Positions 10,139 to 17,528 of a stretch of DNA of 64,000 nucleotides are shown in pieces. The stretch is from Bacteroidota bacterium (GTDB lineage Bacteria > Bacteroidota > Bacteroidia > Chitinophagales > CAIODY01): assembly GCA_046051225.1 (NCBI GenBank), contig JBJOOR010000006.1:64161-128160 (forward strand). The letters run 5' to 3'. The position numbers and the translations under genes are program-made. The notes below the pieces were generated by a model. The model ran no database searches, was not told the origin of the DNA, and saw nothing but the letters and a program-made list of their open reading frames with translations. Each line of letters starts with the position of its first letter. Positions within the stretch are counted from its first letter, which is position 1.

Positions 10139-11227
10139 TTAAAAAATATCGCAAGGCGCTTTTCTGTTGATTACCTTTTTTTGAGGCTTGCCTGTGGTGT
10201 ACAATACGCCTAATTCGGGGCCACCACGATAATTGCTTACACTTTTTAAGCCCGAAAAGTTTAAATCGTAGCAAAGCCCAACTCTTGTATTTTTATATCT
10301 TATACCAATTGAGGGCATTATACCATCAAAGTTTTTATTGCCAGCCGATACCCTGCCTTGTGCACCAAAAAACAATAAAGCATCTTCGTATTTATAAGCC
10401 AATACTGCGCCTATATTAAATTCTTGCCCTTGCGATTGTGTTTGAAATTGTAATAACGGACGAATAGTTAATTTTGGATTAACAATATAATCGGCAGCTA
10501 CATACAGGTTATATCTTGTACCTAAACGTTGCTTAGGCCCCAAATACAAAAATGTTTCGGTAGGCGATATTAAGTGATTAAATGCTAAGCCGCCATAGCC
10601 TTTCCAACGTGGATTATTAAAATTGTGTTGATAGGCTATCCCTATATTCATATCGGGATAAATTAAAGTAGATTTATTAAAGTTTTCTTTTGAAGATAGG
10701 CTTGGATCGAATGAATTGGTAGCATAATTATATTGATTATTTACCAATACTTTGCTATAATCAATTCGTTTTTGTGTGAAGCCCAATTGTGCACCAAAGC
10801 TTAATTTATCGCCGTATGGAAGCATAATATGATAAGCCCCCGAAAGCAATACCGATAGATTTACCAACCTGCCCACACCCGATTCATCATAATACATTTG
10901 CACACCACCGCCCCAAAAATTATGCTGTTCGCCCGATGATGGCTTGGTATCTATATCATATTTAGTGGGGCGAAAGTTGTGGTCGTATGCCATACCAATG
11001 GTTCTAAATGGTTCGTTGGATACTTTATACCATTGGCTTCTATACACACCCGAAATTCTATCTACTTCGCTAAAATTGCCTGTTAAAGCAGGGTTTTGTA
11101 ATACAGGTGTTAAATAATATTGCGAAAAATGAATATCCTGTGCCTTTAATTGAAAGGATACAATCAATAATAAGATGGTATATATTTTCTTCACAGTTTT
11201 TATTTTTAATAAATTTAAGTGATGCAA
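10139..11227 (-). CDS. PorP/SprF-family type IX secretion system membrane protein
   Basis: AQDIHFSQYYLTPVLQNPALTG is the hallmark N-terminal motif of PorP/SprF. The true start may lie a few codons inside, at a GTG near 11194. Confidence 0.85.
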   Translation of the reverse strand: MHHLNLLKIKTVKKIYTILLLIVSFQLKAQDIHFSQYYLTPVLQNPALTGNFSEVDRISGVYRSQWYKVSNEPFRTIGMAYDHNFRPTKYDIDTKPSSGEQHNFWGGGVQMYYDESGVGRLVNLSVLLSGAYHIMLPYGDKLSFGAQLGFTQKRIDYSKVLVNNQYNYATNSFDPSLSSKENFNKSTLIYPDMNIGIAYQHNFNNPRWKGYGGLAFNHLISPTETFLYLGPKQRLGTRYNLYVAADYIVNPKLTIRPLLQFQTQSQGQEFNIGAVLAYKYEDALLFFGAQGRVSAGNKNFDGIMPSIGIRYKNTRVGLCYDLNFSGLKSVSNYRGGPELGVLYTTGKPQKKVINRKAPCDIF

Positions 11228-11238
11228 ATATAAATATT

Positions 11239-12072
11239 TTATTGTGGTTTAAAATAAAATTTATTGCCGTTGATAATACAATATGGTGGTTCGAATGGTG
11301 GAAAATAGGAGGCTCTTATGTACCGTTTTATTTTTTGTTTGCTCCAAGCCAAATCAATTTGCTTAATATCATTTATTTCATGGCGCAAATGAAAATTTTT
11401 CTTTCTTTTGGTAAATGAATTTTGTGGCAATAAAGTATAATTTCCTTTTATGATATTAGGCAAGGAAGTTTTAAAAAGGCGGATAGAACGATGTTCGGTT
11501 TCATCATACAAATCTTTTACAAAGCAATTTTCTGGTATCTTAAATCTATCTTCAAATACAATATCGCCATTATCAATACCCGATGCTAATTGATGAATAG
11601 TGGTGCCAAACTCTTTAGCTTTATCTATAATAGCAAATGAAAACTGATTGCACCCTCTATAATCGGGCAATGGAGCCATGTGTAGGTTTAAAGCTATTTG
11701 GCTGGCTTTATCTATATGCTGTTGTTGTAATATTTGATGATACTGCACCGAATAAATAATATCGCAATTAGGCATGGCATCAAGCGATGAAATTATTTTT
11801 ATTTTATTATGTTTGGCTAATTGCAGTACGCTTTGGTTTATATTCGGCTTTGCAATAGATTTTTTCGAAAAATGCTTGCTAGCCATCTCCATCTCATCTT
11901 TATTATCTTCAACAGCTAAGAATGGCATTTTTCGAAACCCTATATTATCATTACTTAATACACCAATTATTGTATAATTAAGCTTTTGTTGATTGGCAAT
12001 TAAATGTGCCAAACAATTATAACCAATGGGCTTTGAACCCATAAATATTATTTTTTTAGTTTCAGTTTTCAT
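11239..12072 (-). CDS. formyltransferase-family protein
   Basis: N-terminal IIFMGSKPIG nucleotide-binding start and NLHMAPLPDYRGCN (the HxSLLPxxRG-like formyl-transferase motif). Confidence 0.75.
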   Translation of the reverse strand: MKTETKKIIFMGSKPIGYNCLAHLIANQQKLNYTIIGVLSNDNIGFRKMPFLAVEDNKDEMEMASKHFSKKSIAKPNINQSVLQLAKHNKIKIISSLDAMPNCDIIYSVQYHQILQQQHIDKASQIALNLHMAPLPDYRGCNQFSFAIIDKAKEFGTTIHQLASGIDNGDIVFEDRFKIPENCFVKDLYDETEHRSIRLFKTSLPNIIKGNYTLLPQNSFTKRKKNFHLRHEINDIKQIDLAWSKQKIKRYIRASYFPPFEPPYCIINGNKFYFKPQ

Positions 12073-12123
12073 GGCTTTATTATTTCACAAATTTACAATT
12101 AAACTTTATAGTTTATTAATTAT

Positions 12124-12417
12124 ACTTCGTACTCAAGACTTTAAACTTCGTACTCAAGACTTTAAACTTCGTACTCAAGACATTATACTTCGTACTCAAG
12201 ACTTTAAACTTCGTACTCAAGACATTATACTTCGTACTCAAGACATTATACTTCGTATTCAAGACTTTATACTTCGTACTCAAGACTTTAAACTTCGTAC
12301 TCAAGACATTATACTTCTTACTCAAGACTTTATACTTCGTACTCAAGACTTTAAACTTCGTATTCAAGGCTTTAAACTTCTTACTCAAGACTCTAAACTT
12401 CTTGCCCAAGACTAAAA
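12124..12417 (+). repeat. 14 x 21-bp tandem repeat (consensus acttcgtactcaagactttaa) at the head of cassette array 1
   Basis: Counted directly. Units start at 12124, 12145, 12166 ... 12397. There are two main unit variants (..gactttaa and ..gacattat), and the last three units are degenerate. Confidence 0.95.
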
Positions 12418-12556
12418 ACGAGCAATAAAAAATAGCTGAAAAAAAATAATGGAAAGTAAAAACTTCCTTCTATTTTTGGATAGGATAAAAAGAAAACTGC
12501 CGCAATATACAAATTGGCGGCAAACCGTTTCAAAGACATCAATTCTATTATGAATC
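12418..12556 (+). promoter_or_regulatory. cassette leader copy R1 (-7 box plus TTGGCGGCAA hairpin)
   Basis: tatttttg (TAnnTTTG) at 12471-12478. Inverted repeat ctgccgcaat / attggcggcaa at 12497-12523. The ...caaagacatcaa... tail is shared with R2 and R3, ahead of the ATG at 12557. Confidence 0.55.
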
Positions 12557-13084
12557 ATGGATAAGTTCAAACAACTTTCTCTGGCAAACAAAACGCTTAT
12601 TATTTTAACAAGTGTAATGCTTGTTTATGGTTACTTGTGTCGCCTTTTAGACATTGACTTCTTTTGGGAAAGTAAAATGCTTGGTTGGGCACTTTTAATC
12701 GTAACTTTTATTGGCTTATTGTTGCAACGCATTCAAACAAAAAACAAACAAGACAAAAAAACACTTTCGGAGAATATTGCCATTGGACTTCTTGGAATTA
12801 CTTTTTTGGGATTGTGTGGCTGGTTAGTTTTTATTCCACAAACAGACAGCTATCAATTTGCAAAACAATATTTACTTACTGACAAAACGATTTCAAATGA
12901 ATTGGGTGGAGTGTATAATGTTGTTTTAGTTCCTTACGGCGGCATTACATCTTCCACTTCATACAAAGGCACAACTGGACAAGCTGACTTATACTTTATT
13001 GTAAAAGGGAAACAAAAGTTCAAAGACATTAATGTTGGACTTCATAAAGAAGTATCAGATTCAAATTGGACAATCTTAAAATGA
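12557..13084 (+). CDS. hypothetical membrane protein (cassette gene)
   Basis: 175 aa with three N-terminal hydrophobic helices and a soluble C-terminal domain. Its stop overlaps the next start (ATGA). Confidence 0.6.
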   Translation: MDKFKQLSLANKTLIILTSVMLVYGYLCRLLDIDFFWESKMLGWALLIVTFIGLLLQRIQTKNKQDKKTLSENIAIGLLGITFLGLCGWLVFIPQTDSYQFAKQYLLTDKTISNELGGVYNVVLVPYGGITSSTSYKGTTGQADLYFIVKGKQKFKDINVGLHKEVSDSNWTILK

Positions 13085-13410
13085 AATCATCAATGTTTAA
13101 AACACCATTTAGTTTTGACGGACGTATAAGACGAAAGGAATATTGCCTTTCGTTAATTATATTTATTGGTTGCTTTAGCATTATTGATATTTGTATTGAC
13201 GCTTTACCAAAAGCTGACTTTTTAGAACTGTTGTATATCCCTTTATGTTGGTTCATTTTAGCACAAGGGACGAAAAGATGCCATGACAAAGACAAAGCTG
13301 GTTGGTATCTAATTTATCCAATTTACATTTTCTCAATGATTTTTGCAGACGGCGACAAAAGAGAAAATCAGTATGGACAAAATCCGAAAGAAAACAATAT
13401 TGACTTGTAA
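13081..13410 (+). CDS. DUF805-family inner-membrane protein (cassette gene)
   Basis: FSFDGRIRRKEY ... GTKRCHDKDKAGWY ... NQYGQNP matches the DUF805 (YhaH-like) pattern. The start is taken at ATG 13081 (ATGA overlap) rather than the track start at 13066. Confidence 0.7.
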   Translation: MKSSMFKTPFSFDGRIRRKEYCLSLIIFIGCFSIIDICIDALPKADFLELLYIPLCWFILAQGTKRCHDKDKAGWYLIYPIYIFSMIFADGDKRENQYGQNPKENNIDL

Positions 13411-13526
13411 GACAATTCGGGCAACGCCAACTTGTTGTGGTTTCTATTATCTTTGTGATGGCATACGAAACACAAAGCCGCCCATGCAGCAGAGGTTAGA
13501 AACGTTGGAATCATTTTTATAAAGAC
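13411..13526 (+). promoter_or_regulatory. cassette repeat copy R2
   Basis: gggcaacgccaacttgttgtggtttct-attatctttg(-7 box at 13448-13455)...gccgcccatgcagcagaggttagaaacgttgg. Aligns with the copies at 36.3 and 37.2 kb on the reverse strand. Confidence 0.6.
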
Positions 13527-14171
13527 ATGACATATATCTTGACGATAGTATTTTTCTTTCTATACACTTTCGGACTTTTTTTATGGGACAAGAAAGTTAC
13601 ATGGAGACTTTCGCCTAAAATTTCCAAGACAATTAAATACTTTCACTACGCAGGGTTAAGCATTTTGCTTTTTGTAACAATTATGTATTCGCTTTTTGAC
13701 ATTGGATTACGTGGACAATTAGCAACGAGAGTAATTGAGATTTTTACATTATTAACAGGTTGCACATTCATTCTTATTTCGTCTAAGACAATTAACAATT
13801 GGGTTGAAAAAATTTACTTCAACATTTTTTCATTTTTACCAACAATTATAGGTTCGATTATGTGTATTCCTTTTTTGGGTGTTGTAATAATTATTTCAAT
13901 TTATGGGCATCTCTTTACACCAAACTTTGTATATTATCAAGATAATAAAATTAGAGTAGAAAGTAGTGTTAATAGCCCATTGGCAATTCCCAATACAGAT
14001 ATTTATCGTAAATATTTTCTCTTCGAAAAAAGAATTTATCGTGGTGCATACCTTGGACATGTTGATACTGTTATTGTTCTTTACGACAATGATTCGACAA
14101 GATTAATTGCTAAAACAAATACACAGTATGACGACAGTATTAAAAGAATTACTTTAAGTACAATAAAATAG
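13527..14171 (+). CDS. hypothetical polytopic membrane protein (cassette gene)
   Basis: 214 aa with about 5 hydrophobic segments and then a soluble tail. No recognisable family. Confidence 0.6.
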   Translation: MTYILTIVFFFLYTFGLFLWDKKVTWRLSPKISKTIKYFHYAGLSILLFVTIMYSLFDIGLRGQLATRVIEIFTLLTGCTFILISSKTINNWVEKIYFNIFSFLPTIIGSIMCIPFLGVVIIISIYGHLFTPNFVYYQDNKIRVESSVNSPLAIPNTDIYRKYFLFEKRIYRGAYLGHVDTVIVLYDNDSTRLIAKTNTQYDDSIKRITLSTIK

Positions 14172-14179
14172 CTCAGACA

Positions 14180-14470
14180 ATGACAATTAAAAGGACGATA
14201 ATAATTTTTATTTCAACTTTAGCAGGTTGTATTGTAGGTTTCTTGTTTAATGTTTTCGTTGTCTACAATATTATTATTCCCGACCCATGTTATTATCATA
14301 ATCATGACTTCAAAACGAGTAGGCTATTTAACTTGTTCTATGAAATAACTGGTGCAGAAGGTTATCATCCAACGCCAACAATGTTTAACATCATTTTTGC
14401 TTTGGTAGTTGGGGCATTACTCGGTTTTACATTATCATTTTATAAAACGAAAAAACAAAACAATAATTGA
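14180..14470 (+). CDS. hypothetical small membrane protein (cassette gene)
   Basis: 96 aa with two hydrophobic helices. It sits 8 nt after the previous gene with no repeat copy in between. Confidence 0.55.
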   Translation: MTIKRTIIIFISTLAGCIVGFLFNVFVVYNIIIPDPCYYHNHDFKTSRLFNLFYEITGAEGYHPTPTMFNIIFALVVGALLGFTLSFYKTKKQNNN

Positions 14471-14749
14471 AGAAAAAACAGCCCCAGACCATCGTAGTTT
14501 GTATTTGACAAGCGTATGTCTCCCGACTACGCTTTGGCGGAAAGCAATCTCTGATTGCAAAAACAAAATTATACAGTAGAAGCGAAGCTATGCTTTAGTT
14601 GTGTCGAAGTTCCACTTCGGCACTGCCTGATTCAAAATATTAATTGAACCAAGCAGCACCAAACCTGTCCCGAAGAAATCGGGAGCCCCTTCGCTCAAAA
14701 GCCATACTTCATCTTGGCGATAACATACAGTCGCTTTGCTGTTACGAGA

Positions 14750-14889
14750 CAATTTGAAAGTTCAGTTGTTTAGGCTATTTTTGTTTTCGTGTGACGGCAT
14801 ACGGAACATTAAGCCGCTAATGCAGAAAAGAATAAAAACTTTGGCGGCAATAAATCGGAACAACTTTGCAGACATCAAACAACGACAAA
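14750..14889 (+). promoter_or_regulatory. cassette repeat copy R3 (TTTG-N19-TAnnTTTG promoter plus leader)
   Basis: tttg at 14753-14756, a 19-nt spacer, tatttttg at 14776-14783, then cggc..gccg hairpin and ttggcggcaa at 14841-14850. Confidence 0.6.
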
Positions 14890-15330
14890 ATGAATAAATG
14901 GAAAATTGCTTTTTTGGTTTTCATAACAATTGCTGTTTTTTCGACAATATCTATTTTTGCTCAACAAACCAATAAAGCCGAATTAAGCAAATTAATTATT
15001 GGACAATGGATAAAAAAGATTGACAAAACCAAAGACGGCAAAGAATACTTTGGACTTAAATGCAAAGACACAATACAATATTTAATAAGTGGACAATATA
15101 TTTGGAAACAATGTGGAATTAACGAAACTGGAAACTGGAAAATATCGACAGACAATAAGAAGATTATTTTATACCAGCGAAAATGTAAATACTGGGGAAA
15201 ATATTTACAGACAAAAAACATAGGACAAATGGATATTCCAGTTGTTTCACTGACACAATCTCAACTGGTGACAATTATCTATGACGAAGAAAAGGGTGCA
15301 GTGAATCAGTTTTATAGCAGAACTCAATAA
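14890..15330 (+). CDS. hypothetical secreted protein (cassette gene)
   Basis: Start taken at ATG 14890 (MNKWKIAFLVFITIAVFSTISIFAQQ signal peptide), not the TTG at 14866 used by the ORF track. Confidence 0.6.
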   Translation: MNKWKIAFLVFITIAVFSTISIFAQQTNKAELSKLIIGQWIKKIDKTKDGKEYFGLKCKDTIQYLISGQYIWKQCGINETGNWKISTDNKKIILYQRKCKYWGKYLQTKNIGQMDIPVVSLTQSQLVTIIYDEEKGAVNQFYSRTQ

Positions 15331-15356
15331 AGCTTACACAACCCTGCTCCTTTAAA

Positions 15357-15584
15357 GCATAGCAAAGTGAATAGCCAACGAGGATGCAAAAGGTATTTAG
15401 TTTATAACTAATAAATAAAACTATTGCTACAGCAGTTTAACAAGCAATTTGAAAGTTTGGTTGTTTCTGCTACTTTTGTTTTCGTGTGGCATAGGTTAGA
15501 AACCTTGGGGCAAGCTTTGGGTACACTGCTAACATCAAACTAACTGCAAGAACCGAACAGACAAAACCAATGAGATACTTTTCA
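15357..15584 (+). repeat. cassette repeat copy R4 (228 nt, runs into the first 5 codons of the downstream gene)
   Basis: About 95% identical by eye to 16076-16304. tttg at 15448-15451, N19 spacer, tacttttg at 15471-15478. Ends in atgagatacttttca (MRYFS). Confidence 0.85.
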
Positions 15585-16037
15585 ATCATACTTATATTCA
15601 TCTTTAGTTTTTTAACTGCTTGCAACACTACACAAGTTTTGACACTTAAACACAAAAGATATTATTCGGAACGAAACATTTTAACCAGCGACACTACTCG
15701 TAAATTAATAGAAATGGTTTTCTATAACAAACCTCATATAATGGATGAAGAGTTTTTCTATAAGTTGACCTTTAAATTTATTGATACAACTGCTGCAAAA
15801 CAAAAGCGACTTATAAATTTAGTTGCAGACACTACAATTCTGAAGTGCTACTACTCAATCTTTTCCATTTGGAATTGGTCAGACGAACATTATACCATGA
15901 AAGGCGACATTGAAATAGTTGAATGGAAATACAACAGCATAACTCTCAAAGAAAATGTTTTTATAAACGACATCAGACGAAAAAAGAAATTGAAATTTAA
16001 AGGCAAACGAACATTTATAAAACACGAAGGTTGGTAA
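15570..16037 (+). CDS. hypothetical lipoprotein (cassette gene)
   Basis: MRYFSIILIFIFSFLTAC has a lipobox. 155 aa with no recognisable family. Confidence 0.6.
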   Translation: MRYFSIILIFIFSFLTACNTTQVLTLKHKRYYSERNILTSDTTRKLIEMVFYNKPHIMDEEFFYKLTFKFIDTTAAKQKRLINLVADTTILKCYYSIFSIWNWSDEHYTMKGDIEIVEWKYNSITLKENVFINDIRRKKKLKFKGKRTFIKHEGW

Positions 16038-16075
16038 CAAATATTTTACAACATTTCTGCTCGTCCTCGTTTGGG

Positions 16076-16304
16076 GCATAGCAAAGTGCATAGCCAACGA
16101 GGATGCAAGAGGTATTTAGTTTATAACTTATAAATAAAACTATTGCTACAGCGGCTTAACAAGCAATTTGAAAGTTCGGTTGTTTCTGCTACTTTTGTTT
16201 TCGTGTGGCAGAGGTTAGAAACTTTAGGGGCAAGCTTTGGGGACACTGCTAACATCAAACTAACTGCAAGAACCGAATAGACAAAACCAATGAGATACTT
16301 TTCA
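16076..16304 (+). repeat. cassette repeat copy R5 (229 nt)
   Basis: Near-identical to R4. A 10-bp hairpin (tcctcgtt.gg / ccaacgagga) lies around 16063-16105. The -7 box tacttttg is present. Ends in atgagatacttttca. Confidence 0.85.
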
Positions 16305-16691
16305 CTTGACGAACCACAACTATTAACGCTGCCAAGTAAAGACTGGTGGACAAACCGCAGAAGAAAATACAACATCGGTTTGGTGATTGCTGGTATTACT
16401 GCATTTATTTGTTACGCAATTTTAGGTTCATATTTAATCGCACCATACGACAACGAGTTTGAGATAACACTGTTTACAATTTTCTTTCAAGGCGTTGGCT
16501 ATTTAATTATGATGGCGATTGCAAACCTCTTTTACAATCTTGGTTATTGGGCTGACAAAAATTTTAATAAAGACAATAGTGAGAAATTCAGACAACGAGT
16601 ATTTAGTTTGGGGTTTTGTTTTTCATGTGGGCTTCCATTTTTAATTCCCATGCTGACAATTGTAATATATTTGGTAGAGTATAAAAAGTAA
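16290..16691 (+). CDS. hypothetical membrane protein (cassette gene)
   Basis: 133 aa with three to four hydrophobic helices. It shares only MRYFS with the previous cassette gene. Confidence 0.6.
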   Translation: MRYFSLDEPQLLTLPSKDWWTNRRRKYNIGLVIAGITAFICYAILGSYLIAPYDNEFEITLFTIFFQGVGYLIMMAIANLFYNLGYWADKNFNKDNSEKFRQRVFSLGFCFSCGLPFLIPMLTIVIYLVEYKK

Positions 16692-16736
16692 CCCTGTAGA
16701 AGTTAAGCTGCATTGGTTGTTGTAATCAAAATATAG

Positions 16737-17477
16737 TTAAAATGATTTTTTAACTAAAAATTTTTCTACTTCTAATTGTTTTTTACCCAAACTAAAATTG
16801 GTATTAATCACCATTTCAGCCAATTCAACCAATAAATGCAATTGTTGATTGGGCGTAAGATTACTATTATCTACTTCAATGGCATCATCGGCTTTTCGCA
16901 AAGGGCTTTCGGCTCTGGTGCTGTCAATTCTATCTCGTTGTGCTAAGTTGGTAATCACTTCATCAAGCGTTACAATTTCTTCTTTATTTAATAATTCATC
17001 ATATCGGCGCTGTGCTCTAATAATGGGATGTGCAGTTAAAAATATTTTTAATTCAGCATCATGAAATACCGTAGAGCCAATATCTCTGCCATCCATCACA
17101 ATACCTTTTGTAGCACCAATCTTTCTTTGTTGAGCCACCATTGCATCACGTACAGGTTTTAAAGCACTTACAGGGCTAACAAAATTGCTAACCTCCATAG
17201 TTCGTATTTCTTTTTCTACATTTTTATTATTCAACAATATTTCGGGCTTGGCTTCATTGTTTAATTCAAAATGGATATGAATATTTTGCAAAGCATCCAA
17301 CACAGCATCATTGTTTTCAATATCAATTTTATGCTGCATAAAATATAAAGTTACAGCACGATACATAGCACCCGAATCAACATAAATATATTGTAATTCT
17401 TTTGCCAACTGCCGTGCAACTGTACTTTTTCCGCAAGAAGAAAATCCATCAATGGCTATGATTATTTTTTTCGACAT
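16737..17477 (-). CDS. cmk: (d)CMP kinase
   Basis: IIIAIDGFSSCGKSTVARQLA P-loop, YVDSGAMYRA and the typical Cmk layout. Confidence 0.93.
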   Translation of the reverse strand: MSKKIIIAIDGFSSCGKSTVARQLAKELQYIYVDSGAMYRAVTLYFMQHKIDIENNDAVLDALQNIHIHFELNNEAKPEILLNNKNVEKEIRTMEVSNFVSPVSALKPVRDAMVAQQRKIGATKGIVMDGRDIGSTVFHDAELKIFLTAHPIIRAQRRYDELLNKEEIVTLDEVITNLAQRDRIDSTRAESPLRKADDAIEVDNSNLTPNQQLHLLVELAEMVINTNFSLGKKQLEVEKFLVKKSF

Positions 17478-17528
17478 TCAACAAAGGTAAAAATGAATGA
17501 TTAATTATCTTGCATCGATTTTTAAAAA

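Noticed and set aside
12026-12415. Track ORFs 12026-12415 (+) and 12116-12409 (-), encoding heptad-repeat peptides (LRTQDFK / VLSTKFK).
   Set aside because: Both are open only because the 21-bp tandem repeat is divisible by 3. The plus ORF starts antisense inside the formyltransferase gene, and the minus ORF needs a TTG start. The analogous tract at 38.2 kb has a ~20-bp period and no ORF. I treat them as a non-coding repeat, although a peptide cannot be strictly excluded.
12124-12417. CRISPR array hypothesis for the tandem repeats at 12.1 kb and 38.2 kb.
   Set aside because: The units are directly abutting with no unique spacers, the repeats are only 19-21 bp, and no cas genes are present in the window.
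13418-13508. Invertible-promoter (inverton) reading of the inverted repeats gccaac..gtttct / agaaacgttggc flanking the -7 box.
   Set aside because: The enclosed segment is only ~70 bp, the arms are short and bulged, all seven copies have the promoter in the ON orientation toward the gene, and no invertase is nearby. It is kept only as a remote alternative within the repeat finding.
13411-13526. tRNA or other canonical RNA gene in the GC-enriched intergenic repeats.
   Set aside because: No cloverleaf could be drawn and there is no GTTCGAATC-type T-loop or matching acceptor stem. The same sequence recurs upstream of many genes, which is not tRNA-like.
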